In this document: positions 18,767-28,616 of the stretch, one piece after another
Numbering within the stretch: the stretch's first letter is position 1
Layout: each line of letters starts with the position of its first letter
Origin: a virus
IMG/VR virus record: IMGVR_UViG_3300037155_000096
Length of the DNA: 64,000 bases
Strand: one strand, 5' to 3'
Position numbers and translations under genes: made by a program
Notes under the pieces: model-generated
What the model saw: only the letters and a program-made list of their open reading frames with translations
What the model was told of the DNA's origin: nothing
The model's database searches: none

Positions 18767-19471
18767 TTATGTTTTACTATTATCAATTCCAACAAACGGC
18801 TGCAAACCTTTGCCGCCATTGTACCAGAACAAATTCTTGAACAAAATGTCGTTATCATTCAGGACTTTCACCCGATTCTTGTTGACATACTCCACCAGAT
18901 CCGAGTGACTACCGATTTCTCGGTCATTCGTCATATCACGCCATCCTGGTCCGGATACTTCGATGGTAATTTCTTTTGCATCCTCAATCTTCATGTTTAA
19001 TCTTGCTGCTTCAGCTTTCTTTTCGTTTGCCTCCTGCACCCGCCACATGATTGCGACTGACAAATCCCCTAACTCGCAACACCATTTAGGATGCAATCCT
19101 TCTTCCGGACATCTCCATACAAACGAGACACCCATATCAATTAATTTCAATGTCATGTCAATAAGCCCAAGCATGTGCCTGACACCCATATCTGCTTTTC
19201 TAACGAACTCAACATTACATTTCTCATCCCCGAAGACAGGACTCTTGCTTTCTTTGTCCTTGTAAACCATCTGCATGAATTTCCATGTATCAGCATGGAC
19301 GCCCTTCTGGGATAATCGCGCCTGATGATACAGGCAAACTTCCGTATCCAGAGTAACGCAATTTTCATATTTGATCGGCTCCATATTCTCGGGTGCCGGA
19401 CAAATGATATTAAGCGGTTTCGATTCTACGGTGTGAGATTCACCGTTGCTTATCATCGTGAATTCGGACAT
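18767..19471 (-). CDS. Hypothetical protein
   Basis: First ORF after promoter copy 6. Confidence 0.65.
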   Translation of the reverse strand: MSEFTMISNGESHTVESKPLNIICPAPENMEPIKYENCVTLDTEVCLYHQARLSQKGVHADTWKFMQMVYKDKESKSPVFGDEKCNVEFVRKADMGVRHMLGLIDMTLKLIDMGVSFVWRCPEEGLHPKWCCELGDLSVAIMWRVQEANEKKAEAARLNMKIEDAKEITIEVSGPGWRDMTNDREIGSHSDLVEYVNKNRVKVLNDNDILFKNLFWYNGGKGLQPFVGIDNSKT

Positions 19472-19507
19472 TATCAGGTTACCTGTTTTTGGGTTGTTAT
19501 AAGGTAT

Positions 19508-19528
19508 ACTTTCAAAGACCGTGCTAAG
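19508..19528 (-). promoter_or_regulatory. sigma54-like promoter variant copy 6
   Basis: cttagcacg-gtct-ttgaaagt. Confidence 0.7.
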
Positions 19529-19808
19529 AAATAATTGGTTCAGTATCTTCGGTTATTAAAATATCGTACAGTCTCCAGTCCTCTTCATCGAACAAATCAT
19601 AGACATCCGATTCTGGCGTATGGCTGATAATCACTGTATCCTTAACATGATCGAACTCGGTAACCAGCCGTGAAGGTCTAGCGCCATCTAATATGCTTAC
19701 GGCTATCTCTTCGAGCGCATCCATGTCGGATTCAGAATAATCTTTTATTTTCTGCTGGAGAAGTCTGACCAGCTCATCGACCTTTATTTCATATTTCTTG
19801 TTCTTCAT
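19524..19808 (-). CDS. Hypothetical acidic protein
   Basis: Coupled overlap. Confidence 0.55.
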   Translation of the reverse strand: MKNKKYEIKVDELVRLLQQKIKDYSESDMDALEEIAVSILDGARPSRLVTEFDHVKDTVIISHTPESDVYDLFDEEDWRLYDILITEDTEPIIS

Positions 19809-20242
19809 ACTTGAAACTGCTCCTCTTTATCCGTCCACGGATTCGTCGAAATGAAATATCCGATACGGTTTACCACATGGGCGCCGGCTATAACATAAGT
19901 CTTACTATCATCTCCATCTACCAGCGTCCATACCAAACTCGGATCTGTAACCTTAATATGGTCCAACTCGAAGCCATAGGTCTCAAAGAGGAATCCTTCC
20001 CAAGGGGCGTCTTGAATTATATGGTTGGCGACCAGTGGATATTTCGCTATGAAGCCTTCCCAATCATCATCTTCATGTGCTATTTCCATTCCCAAACCTG
20101 TGTAGTCCATGTAATCTTGTATCTTTTCGAACAAGCTTTCCTCGTCTGGAGTCAATACTGGGCGGCCTTTCATGTCCTGCCAGATCGTCGATATGATTTC
20201 ATCCGCCTTGTCCTGTTGCTTGTATTCTTTCTCTTCTGCCAT
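19805..20242 (-). CDS. Mobile-element conserved hypothetical protein
   Basis: VWTLVDGDD...G.HVVNRIGY...PW. Confidence 0.65.
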   Translation of the reverse strand: MAEEKEYKQQDKADEIISTIWQDMKGRPVLTPDEESLFEKIQDYMDYTGLGMEIAHEDDDWEGFIAKYPLVANHIIQDAPWEGFLFETYGFELDHIKVTDPSLVWTLVDGDDSKTYVIAGAHVVNRIGYFISTNPWTDKEEQFQV

Positions 20243-20254
20243 CTTAACCTTCCT

Positions 20255-20546
20255 TTATGTTTCAAAAATGTCTAACGAGTTCATAAATATCCTTGCCAGC
20301 TGCGGACTTACATTAAATCTTTCGCAGTTGAGCGCCACTCCTTCCGGGAAATCAGAGTAACCGGCATGTCTTATGCTTGCCGCCTTCCAATCCCGGTTGT
20401 TCTAATTTCGATGCATCGTGCTTCTCACAACGATGGACTAACGTGTTCGCTAGAATGTCCGCAAATTGCCTAACCAATATGATATGCTTCTGCGTTTCTA
20501 ATTTAGCTTCTTCCAATTCTTCCTTACTCTTCATAATAGCTTCCAT
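20255..20546 (-). pseudogene. DUF5662-like gene with internal deletion and frameshift
   Basis: N-terminal HDASKLE joined out of frame to C-terminal DWKAASIRH...NCERFNVSPQLARIFMNS. Confidence 0.65.
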
Positions 20547-20922
20547 CCAATTTATGTGGCTGATATTCGTTCAAGTCCCCAGACAATCTTGTTCGAAACT
20601 CAGTAAAATCTTTTGGCGATAGTTCATCCGCCGCTGAGTCAAACAAAGCGTTGAAATGATCGTAGAACGACCTGACCTTCTTTTTCATAGGTCCGGAGTT
20701 TCTGATTTGCCAGATATTCTCCCGTACTTTCTTGTTCGGATACTTATACGGATCAGCTTTCTTAATTAACTTCGCCGTCCGGAAAATCATTTCTCCATTA
20801 TCAAGCAAAATTCTATACGAGGTTCTGGAGCCTGCCTTGATTACTTCCTTGACATCACCAATCATCTGCTGGTCATCTTGCTTCGTTGTGATTCTGTCAT
20901 CGATGCTATACACGGTCTTCAT
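20524..20922 (-). CDS. Hypothetical protein
   Basis: SH3-like N-terminus. Confidence 0.6.
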   Translation of the reverse strand: MKTVYSIDDRITTKQDDQQMIGDVKEVIKAGSRTSYRILLDNGEMIFRTAKLIKKADPYKYPNKKVRENIWQIRNSGPMKKKVRSFYDHFNALFDSAADELSPKDFTEFRTRLSGDLNEYQPHKLDGSYYEE

Positions 20923-20984
20923 TCTTATCCTTTAATTTTCATTCTACCATTCTAAAAAATCTGCGCTTAAAGTCTGTATCTTCA

Positions 20985-21263
20985 TCAGTTATTCTCATTT
21001 TTATTCGTTTTCAAAATCACGTTCACATCCCCCATTAAGCTCTTGCTCTCCTGGTGAAACTCAGCCAGATCATTGACCACATGTTCAAATTGTCTCTCGT
21101 CCAAGCCAAAATATTCGAAGTCGCCCACCCAATCCGAGTTATTCTTGGCATTCACGCTGATTATTAGCCAGCGCTCATGTTTGATTGCAAATACTAATGT
21201 CCTCCACAACCAATATAATTTGTGCGTTCCGGTCTGGAAACCCGTTTTTATCCCAGTGAGCAT
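20985..21263 (-). CDS. Hypothetical protein
   Basis: First ORF after promoter copy 7. Confidence 0.6.
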   Translation of the reverse strand: MLTGIKTGFQTGTHKLYWLWRTLVFAIKHERWLIISVNAKNNSDWVGDFEYFGLDERQFEHVVNDLAEFHQESKSLMGDVNVILKTNKNENN

Positions 21264-21297
21264 CTTATCCCTGTTATTTTGAGTGTTATGAAGTGTA

Positions 21298-21318
21298 ACT
21301 TACAAGAAGTGTGCTAAG
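21298..21318 (-). promoter_or_regulatory. sigma54-like promoter variant copy 7
   Basis: cttagcaca-cttc-ttgtaagt. Confidence 0.65.
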
Positions 21319-21351
21319 AAATATTTGGTCTTACAAATATGAAAATCAGTG

Positions 21352-21762
21352 CTACGCAGCTGCTTGCATTTTGTTCTTGATTTCTCCAAGAAACGCCAGA
21401 ACCTTCGGGTGCAACCTCGTATTACGTGAACCATAGCGGATACATCTTTCTGCAATCACTTCCGTTATGAAGTCCAGTGGCATTTTCTTGTCCAACTTTA
21501 TGATGGCTTCGGATATATCTTCATAGGCAGTGGTAAAATCATGGTAGCTGGGCGTCATTGGTACACCGCCAGCGAATTCTGCCGAACTGATCGTAAAACA
21601 CTTACGCCCTAATCGGTGAATGGCAGGGTTGTCCTTGGCATTCTTCATTTCTGTTGCGAATATTTTAAGCTGGTTGGCTCTTTTTTGTGCATCCCAAACC
21701 ATCTGGGAGACTTTCGTGATCGTTTGCTCAATCGAGGACTGAAACTCCTTGGACTCCATCAT
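21352..21762 (-). CDS. Hypothetical protein
   Basis: First ORF after promoter copy 8. Confidence 0.65.
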   Translation of the reverse strand: MMESKEFQSSIEQTITKVSQMVWDAQKRANQLKIFATEMKNAKDNPAIHRLGRKCFTISSAEFAGGVPMTPSYHDFTTAYEDISEAIIKLDKKMPLDFITEVIAERCIRYGSRNTRLHPKVLAFLGEIKNKMQAAA

Positions 21763-21800
21763 TATACCTTGAAACTGTTATTTTTGTGTTATGAGGTATA

Positions 21801-21821
21801 ACGAACAAGTTCCGTGCTAAG
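21801..21821 (-). promoter_or_regulatory. sigma54-like promoter variant copy 8
   Basis: cttagcacg-gaac-ttgttcgt, abutting the parB stop. Confidence 0.65.
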
Positions 21822-22673
21822 TTATTTTTTAGCTTTCAGAACCCGTAACTTTTCAGTTAACTGTCTAATTAAGTCTTTTTTATCAGTATACTTGAAGGTC
21901 AAACTCAGGACCGTAGACTTGATTGCATGCTTATCCCTGATTTCCCTTGCCATCACCATTGCATCTTCTGCGGGGACGAATTCCTGATAAATTATTTTGT
22001 CGAACAAGGCTTTTTGTTCATCCGGGAAATCCTTAATCAGGTGCAAAGCTTTTGCGTGGCCGATAGACATTGGAGTCTTAGCTTCCTTCTTGAAACTTAC
22101 TATCTCTTTTTGCATTTCTTCAGGCAGATTCAGGATCCTAACATAATTCTTTCTTGTCGATTCTGATATTCCAAGCATTGCCTCCACTTCAGACCAGGGT
22201 GCATTTTCTCCCAGCATGCCCTTGTACTCCAAAAGAGCGTATGCTTTATCCACCACATTCAGATCTTCCCGACATAAATTCTCAATCAACTGCTTAGCAA
22301 AGATGTCCTTGCCATCAGAAGGCTTCAGAATCATGCATGGCAGTTCCGCTATGCCAAGATCTCGTGCCGCCCGATATCTTCTCTCCCCCGTAATCAAAAC
22401 AAACGTACCAGCGTCTTCTGAGCGAACTGTGAGTGGCTGCAATATTCCATGCATCTGTATGGAATTCATCAATTCCTGCATTTTAGCGGGATCAAACTCC
22501 TTTCTGGGCTGGTTTTCGTCCGGATGAACGAGTTCTATTGCGATTATTCGGGCATTAGATAACCTTTTTGACTGACTATACCCGCCATCGGACTGGAATT
22601 TACTGGTCAATTCAATTCCAGGTCTATCGTTCTTTAGGGATTCATTAAGCTGTTTCGTAAAATTTTTCGACAC
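21822..22673 (-). CDS. parB: ParB partition protein
   Basis: QPRKEFD, ILQPLTVR, GERRYRA CTP-binding motif, HTH. Confidence 0.92.
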   Translation of the reverse strand: MSKNFTKQLNESLKNDRPGIELTSKFQSDGGYSQSKRLSNARIIAIELVHPDENQPRKEFDPAKMQELMNSIQMHGILQPLTVRSEDAGTFVLITGERRYRAARDLGIAELPCMILKPSDGKDIFAKQLIENLCREDLNVVDKAYALLEYKGMLGENAPWSEVEAMLGISESTRKNYVRILNLPEEMQKEIVSFKKEAKTPMSIGHAKALHLIKDFPDEQKALFDKIIYQEFVPAEDAMVMAREIRDKHAIKSTVLSLTFKYTDKKDLIRQLTEKLRVLKAKK

Positions 22674-23442
22674 GTTCCATCATCTCCTTGAAAAGTGATT
22701 TAATCGTAAGAACTCCATCTTCCTGACTGATGGACTTGTTGGCTATTAACTTATGCGTGGAATTTGCTTCTGCAAAAAGAGGTATATTCCTAACTATGCT
22801 CTTGAAAACCGTGTCTCCGTATAAATTTCTAATCACCTTTACCATGTCCGCTTCATATCTACGTCGTCCCAATAACTTGTTTATTACGATACCAAGTAAA
22901 ACCAAATCCGGGTTACTACGTTTCTTGATAGCATCAACCGTTGCCGTTAACTGATTAGCTCCGCTTGCCGCCCATTCTCCAGCTTCCACCGGAACTACGA
23001 AGAATGAAGCATAGGTTAGAGCCATCCTGGTCGCCCGCAATAAATTCGGAGCGCAATCGAGGATCACATAATCATAATCTCTTTCGACATCCACCAGCGC
23101 CTCCTTCAATCTAAACTGAGCATCATCTGCCATCGCCAGTTTGATATCCACGTCTCCGAATGCCAGATTGCATGGGATAATGTCGATTAACTTCCATTTC
23201 GTCGGCTGGATTATATCTTTCGCTGGTGTATCATTGACAATCAGGTCATTTATGGTAAGCGGTATGGTCTGATATTCCTTATTCAGAAAGAATTTCGACA
23301 TATTGCCCTGCGGATCTGTATCCACAAGCAGTATCCTACTTTTCTTATCCGAAGCTGCCGCTCCAGCTATCTGAATAGTGAGCGTGGTCTTGCCGACTCC
23401 CCCTTTTTGGTTCGCAAATGCAATCCGTACCGGTTCTTTCAT
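22645..23442 (-). CDS. parA: ParA partition ATPase
   Basis: NQKGGVGKTT deviant Walker A, DTDPQGN, ILDCAP. Confidence 0.95.
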   Translation of the reverse strand: MKEPVRIAFANQKGGVGKTTLTIQIAGAAASDKKSRILLVDTDPQGNMSKFFLNKEYQTIPLTINDLIVNDTPAKDIIQPTKWKLIDIIPCNLAFGDVDIKLAMADDAQFRLKEALVDVERDYDYVILDCAPNLLRATRMALTYASFFVVPVEAGEWAASGANQLTATVDAIKKRSNPDLVLLGIVINKLLGRRRYEADMVKVIRNLYGDTVFKSIVRNIPLFAEANSTHKLIANKSISQEDGVLTIKSLFKEMMERVEKFYETA

Positions 23443-23444
23443 GC

Positions 23445-24764
23445 CTACTCCTTCTCAGGGGGCACGACGTGCCCCCTCTGTTCAAGAATCTTATTTATGG
23501 TCACCAAAATGGCTCCCCGAATGAAAATCGGGGCATTTTCGTACAATTCCACCGTGAATTCCTTTAAGGGGACACCGTATTTCTTCAATCCGTCCTTATT
23601 GGCATAATCGAATGCCTCTGGATCAGATTTTTCCAGAAGGACAATCGCTTCATCAAATAATTTCTTTTGTCCATCTTTCGTAAGAGCCAGCCATTGTTTC
23701 CTTAATTGCTGGTCCTTCGCCAGTCTTATTTTGTCCCTCCCCTTACCCAACTCCTCCTTTTCGTGACGTTCATTCTTATTCTTCAGGATCTTCATTTGTT
23801 CTTCCCTGAACTTGACATATCCTTTGGGAATTTCATATCCATTTTCAAGAGCCGATATCAGAAAACCGGTTATGTTTTTCTCCGCCTTTGAATATCCGAG
23901 CTTCAAACTTTCAACCCACTGGGCAATTTCTTCTTCATCGAACCGGGTGAGCAATTCCTTAACTCCATCTTCCGTGACTCCCAAATTCTTTAGTTCTACG
24001 GCTAGTCCAGAGGAAAACAAATCAGGGGACTCCGGTGCTGGCAATGACGAGCCTGGTCTTCTTGAAATCTTAAATTTCACAGCGTCGGGCTTTCGGTTCG
24101 GTTTGTATTCAACTTCGATGTTAATCTCAGCATCAGGTATCGAATGGATATCTTCGATGGGCTTGTTTATCAGTTTCTTTTTCAGATCTCGCAGGTCTTG
24201 ATATTCGTGGACTCCGACTCCCATGAGTTTCTTGAATATCGAGATCGGAATCCATGGAGTCTCCCCGTAGGTTCTCTTTACATCATAGTAATCGATGCAG
24301 AGTTCATACATTGCAAGTGAGTATTTTGACATGAAGTTATTTTGCATCCGCAAGTTGATCCTTGCATACATTCTTGGATTATATAACTTCTCTCGCAGTC
24401 CCTTGTAATATCCCCAATAAATCTTGCCTTCCTTAAACGTAGCACCAGCCAAGAAAGTAGTCGTACCCCATTCCGCTACACCATCCTTCCCCAGAATATT
24501 CCATTCGATTTGCGTAGTATTCAAAGCTATGAGTGTGCTTTTCAGATAGTCCCGATTCGAATCTCCATACTCCAACATATCACATAGTTCTATAATGGGC
24601 ATGCTATATTCTTCTTTATTCTGGAGTTCATCATAGGCGTGGGCAAGTAGTACGTTCCAGGCTTTTCGTTGTAGTAAACTTACTACATTATTCACCTGAA
24701 TCGACGCAGAATGCTTAATGACCGACTGCGGTCTAGGCGTATTCGTTGTAATTGTCTTGGTCAA
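23445..24764 (-). CDS. rep: Rep_3-family replication initiator
   Basis: SLLQRKAWNVLL, SKYSLAMYEL, ISIFKKLMGV; TTG start; adjacent iterons and parAB. Confidence 0.85.
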   Translation of the reverse strand: MTKTITTNTPRPQSVIKHSASIQVNNVVSLLQRKAWNVLLAHAYDELQNKEEYSMPIIELCDMLEYGDSNRDYLKSTLIALNTTQIEWNILGKDGVAEWGTTTFLAGATFKEGKIYWGYYKGLREKLYNPRMYARINLRMQNNFMSKYSLAMYELCIDYYDVKRTYGETPWIPISIFKKLMGVGVHEYQDLRDLKKKLINKPIEDIHSIPDAEINIEVEYKPNRKPDAVKFKISRRPGSSLPAPESPDLFSSGLAVELKNLGVTEDGVKELLTRFDEEEIAQWVESLKLGYSKAEKNITGFLISALENGYEIPKGYVKFREEQMKILKNKNERHEKEELGKGRDKIRLAKDQQLRKQWLALTKDGQKKLFDEAIVLLEKSDPEAFDYANKDGLKKYGVPLKEFTVELYENAPIFIRGAILVTINKILEQRGHVVPPEKE

Positions 24765-24789
24765 AACGATTGCTCTTGTGTTACGGGAA

Positions 24790-24836
24790 CAAACTTAATA
24801 AAATCATTGGGACAAAAGCAAATATAAACGTCCACA
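24790..24836 (-). promoter_or_regulatory. rep promoter (TTG-N21-TAAGTTTG) with adjacent iteron
   Basis: TAnnTTTG at 24790..24797, TTG at 24819..24821, iteron tataaacgtccaca 24823..24836. Confidence 0.55.
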
Positions 24837-24889
24837 TTTGTCAAGTGTCCGCATTATAACAACATTGCAGTACAATTTTCAGGAATGTT

Positions 24890-25356
24890 ATGAATACTCT
24901 ATACTTTGCTGATTGTTTAGACGTGCTAAAAGATTTGTGCCATCATCACCCAGACCTAAGCTACATAGATCCACCATTTAATTCAAAACGCGATTATAAT
25001 ATCCTTTTCGAGTCCATTGATATCAAGGTTTCGACGGATATTTTACTTTCACCAAATCTGACGAGAAAAGAGGGTTGTCACTGGTAGAGATCAAAAGCGG
25101 GCATGTCAATGTCAAGAACGTCCGGGAATTTATTCAGGTTCTAAAGACCAAGAAGGCTGACCACGGTGTTTTCGTCTGCTTCAAGGACAAAGCCTATCCT
25201 AATCGATACGACAAGGTTCAGATACTAACTGTTGAGGATATTCTGGACGGTATAGGAATTAACCTTCCTTTGGAGCAGGGACTGAAGAAAAGCACGTTCA
25301 AAGCCGCTACTAAGTCTTTAACTCCCATTACGAAGGAAGAATCTTTTTTCGATTAG
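24890..25356 (+). pseudogene. Internally deleted DNA methyltransferase / Mrr-like fusion
   Basis: LYFADCLDVL..YIDPPFNSKRDYN joined to QGFDG...VEIKSG...VQILTVEDIL; central part missing. Confidence 0.75.
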
Positions 25357-25360
25357 TCGG

Positions 25361-25691
25361 TATAAACGTCCACAATCGACTTAATACTGATATAAACGTC
25401 CACATTCATTTTCGAATGATATAAATGACCACATTGTAAACGTCCCAACTTGGTGCCTCATTCATCCCTTCAGGTAAGTCCAGACACCTATTTTCAGTGT
25501 TTTTAGCCACTTATGGGCATGAATTTGAGGTCAGAAACCGTTATAGACGTCCACAATCAGCCCGGAATATAGACGTCCACATTACATTGATATAAACGAC
25601 CACAGTTCTGATATGAACATCCACAAAACCCATTATAAACAACCCCTTTTCATAATACAAACATCCACAGAAATCGTTATAAACGACCACA
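25361..25691. repeat. Iteron array (consensus TATAAACGWCCACA)
   Basis: Copies at 25361, 25391, 25420, 25542, 25568, 25591, 25612, 25634, 25656, 25678; last spacings 21-22 bp; AT-rich tract follows. Confidence 0.85.
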
Positions 25692-25938
25692 ATAGTAACC
25701 ATAACGACAAGCCTTATAATGAGTTCCTCGATTACAAAACAATTAAAACTATTAAAATTATAAAACAACGTAGTAGTTTCTTATTCATTATTTATTAATT
25801 TTCAGGAAACATGAACAGAAGGGAAATATTCTGGCGGGGCTTATCAGTTCCCCGCCGAGGCAATTATGTTGATCCGGCAGTTAGGAGGAAAACGGACCAA
25901 CCTTGACGAACACCCACCGTTTATCCGGATATCTTGTT

Positions 25939-26301
25939 TTAGGTGACGATATCAACCCGTTTCTTGCTGTCTTCACTATTAAATCCATCAGGGTACCTGA
26001 GCCTTACCTTATCGGCGTTTGCCTGCATGACTTCATCCAGACTAAGACCTGCTTTCAGGCATAACGCAGTGATATACCATAACACATCACCAAGTTCTTT
26101 CTTGAGTTTCGTAACATCCAGACCATGATTATGGAATATCGCTTTCTTAACCAGATCGGCAACCTCCCCGGCTTCACCAGCCAGTCCGAGTGCATAGAAA
26201 ACAATCATCTGCGAATGATCGCTGATTTCCTTTTCCGGTTTATCGGAACATCGGGACTTCACTACTTCGGTATATTCCAAAGCTGTCATATTAGAGTTCA
26301 T
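25939..26301 (-). CDS. mazG: MazG-like NTP pyrophosphohydrolase
   Basis: LGLAGEAGEVADLVKK...ELGDVLWY. Confidence 0.88.
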   Translation of the reverse strand: MNSNMTALEYTEVVKSRCSDKPEKEISDHSQMIVFYALGLAGEAGEVADLVKKAIFHNHGLDVTKLKKELGDVLWYITALCLKAGLSLDEVMQANADKVRLRYPDGFNSEDSKKRVDIVT

Positions 26302-26789
26302 ATTGATACTCCTTCTAATTTTTTCGCTTGTTCTTTTCTTTTAATTTCCAGCAAGCGGTCAATCTCCGCAGCAATCAGAGCGCCCGCCTTTTCAAGATTC
26401 CTGATTCTATCGGTATCAGAAGCCTTTAACCAACTGATATTCCAATTTATCGGGAACAATCTTTCGGCATCAGTCCTTGACCAGAACCATAATGCGTAAG
26501 AGGCTGCCGCTGCCGCAAGTTCTCCATTATCATGCTGAACATCATGCTCTCTGGTAAAATTCTCGACTATGATTTGTCTGCTTCTTTCTTCCTGGATTAA
26601 CTGAGCGCCCGTTGCCCTCCCTATCCAATGTTCGAGTTCACTTAGTTTCAGCAGTTCACGATGGAGATTATCTTCCTCATCGAACCATGCGCATGTTATT
26701 GCGCCACCCACTGAGAACCCGGCATCGCAAGTCACCCGGCATTTGTGGATCTCCGAGAACAACTCATCACCTATCTTAAAATTTTTCAT
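26298..26789 (-). CDS. Phage-type conserved protein
   Basis: EERSRQ...EHD..H...ELAAAA...NLEKAGALIAAEIDR; YodC-like N-terminus. Confidence 0.65.
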   Translation of the reverse strand: MKNFKIGDELFSEIHKCRVTCDAGFSVGGAITCAWFDEEDNLHRELLKLSELEHWIGRATGAQLIQEERSRQIIVENFTREHDVQHDNGELAAAAASYALWFWSRTDAERLFPINWNISWLKASDTDRIRNLEKAGALIAAEIDRLLEIKRKEQAKKLEGVSI

Positions 26790-26798
26790 CGTATGTCC

Positions 26799-27104
26799 TT
26801 ATAAAGTTTCGTTACTATTTTGAAATGCCATCATATAATCATTGTATTCGCTTTCAGGTATGTGCGGCAGAAAATCGCCAATGCTAATCTTGAACGAGGG
26901 TTCATACGGAGTGCCTGTAATCAGCGCCATAACTGATGTCAGGAAAATCAGCGTATGATCCATCGGTTGCGCCCACCACTCCATCAGAAAATCACAGAAT
27001 CTGTTTCTTCCATCCATGTGATTATTCTTCAAATTGTAATAACATGGTACGCCCCAGTATCGGGCATAGTTGCTATACTCCTTTACGTTTATTTTCTTTC
27101 GCAT
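26799..27104 (-). CDS. Hypothetical protein
   Basis: Likely start MRKKIN after aaggagg. Confidence 0.55.
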   Translation of the reverse strand: MRKKINVKEYSNYARYWGVPCYYNLKNNHMDGRNRFCDFLMEWWAQPMDHTLIFLTSVMALITGTPYEPSFKISIGDFLPHIPESEYNDYMMAFQNSNETL

Positions 27105-27105
27105 A

Positions 27106-27375
27106 TTACCATGCCTCCTTAAAGACAATGTTGCGTGGCTGAATGACTCCATCTCTTTTAATCGGAATGGAATCATAACCGACATGCCCATCTTGTCCGC
27201 AGTTAGAACATCTGTAATGATATAACCCCGGACTAGTATACAGTACCGTTCCTGTCAGCTGGAGAGTTTTCTCCTTATCGCATATCGGGCATTTGCTTTG
27301 TTCAAGAAATTGCGTAAACATAACAGGGGAGGGGAGAGGCTGTCCCACCTCCACCTCAATATCTTTTTCTATCAT
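27106..27375 (-). CDS. Small Zn-ribbon protein
   Basis: CPIC...CSNC. Confidence 0.6.
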   Translation of the reverse strand: MIEKDIEVEVGQPLPSPVMFTQFLEQSKCPICDKEKTLQLTGTVLYTSPGLYHYRCSNCGQDGHVGYDSIPIKRDGVIQPRNIVFKEAW

Positions 27376-28616
27376 ACCGGAACCTGATCTACCACCACAT
27401 CCGGAGTAACAAGCACTTCCGCTTCATCCGGGAGTTTTGGTTCTACCGGCGCATATTCTGTTGTAAAACCTAAACGGTTCATAGCGTCCAGAATATGATG
27501 CGAATGTATAAGTTCCATGCAAGGGGACAGACCGCTCAGAATTTTCTTTGACAGCTCACATCCTCCGTTTCCATGAGAGAAACAACTTGCAAATTCACCG
27601 CGAGCAAATTCGCAGTTACTATTGGAATCTATACCAACGGCATTTTTATACGTAGCAATACGTAATGCAGAAGGGAAGGGGCCGTATAATCCGATTAACG
27701 GAGTATCGAGTGCACCTGCTATATGCAGTAGACTGCTATCCGGACCTATCACAAGATCTGCGATACTTAGAAAAGCCGCCATCTGCGTAAGCGTTGGCAT
27801 GGTCTCCGAACCATTGAATATTCTCCCGGCGGCCTGCGGAACATTCTGGATAAGATCGTTAATCATGCCATTCTGATTTTCTGAACCGAAGAACCAGAAT
27901 ACATAATTCTTTGGCAGCGCATTCATGAGGTCGACGTAGACAGGCAACGGGACGCTTCTTTTCGTTACAGATGCCGCTATCTGAATACATACGTGGATAA
28001 TATCCTGGTCAGGCACAAAGTCAACATTCTGCTGATAGAATTCGATTGCTGAAAGTTTCGCAACTTTTGCCCTTTCGAGATCGAAGGTACTGATATTGAC
28101 CGCTGGCTTATAGTCTACCGAGGGATCAAGGTGACATGCTTTAGCAAATAAGTCGTAAGCATTTTCATGCTCAGCCGATGGATTAGATTCGATTAGACTT
28201 TGGAAGTACAGGCAGTAATCAAATTCCTGTACCTTCTCTTCAAGAAGTGGAAACGTACCCATTTCATACGAAGCATCGCATTTCAATAACTTCGCATAAT
28301 AACCGTTGGTTATCAGGGTGATACTGGCATCAGGATATTTCTCTTTTAGTTTTTTCAGGCTTGCCGAAATAAATAACAGATCTCCAATCCCGCCGTTCCG
28401 GAATACTACGAGCTTCTTTCCATTAAGGTCTTCGCCAGCATAAAAATGTGCTGGTTCAAATTCTTCTGCGGACTTTATTTTCGATTCGCCCAGGTCTCTG
28501 ATCATTACGTCCACATACACATCGGCTACGATATAACCGACATCTTTCTTCAATAGCATTTTCTGACCGTACTCATCATTACTCATGATGTCTATTTTCG
28601 ATATTAAACACTTCAT
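27372..28616 (-). CDS. Glycosyltransferase family 9 (heptosyltransferase-like)
   Basis: GGIGDLL, ADLVIGPDSSLLHIAGALDTPLIGLYGP. Confidence 0.88.
   Translation of the reverse strand: MKCLISKIDIMSNDEYGQKMLLKKDVGYIVADVYVDVMIRDLGESKIKSAEEFEPAHFYAGEDLNGKKLVVFRNGGIGDLLFISASLKKLKEKYPDASITLITNGYYAKLLKCDASYEMGTFPLLEEKVQEFDYCLYFQSLIESNPSAEHENAYDLFAKACHLDPSVDYKPAVNISTFDLERAKVAKLSAIEFYQQNVDFVPDQDIIHVCIQIAASVTKRSVPLPVYVDLMNALPKNYVFWFFGSENQNGMINDLIQNVPQAAGRIFNGSETMPTLTQMAAFLSIADLVIGPDSSLLHIAGALDTPLIGLYGPFPSALRIATYKNAVGIDSNSNCEFARGEFASCFSHGNGGCELSKKILSGLSPCMELIHSHHILDAMNRLGFTTEYAPVEPKLPDEAEVLVTPDVVVDQVPV

Noticed and set aside
24922-24929. cgtgctaa as a 12th promoter copy
   Set aside because: Lacks the TTG element at the 4-nt spacing and lies inside the methyltransferase relic
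25361-25691. CRISPR array
   Set aside because: Units are 14 bp, degenerate, with 7-16 bp gaps within clusters, next to rep; no cas genes, so iterons fit better
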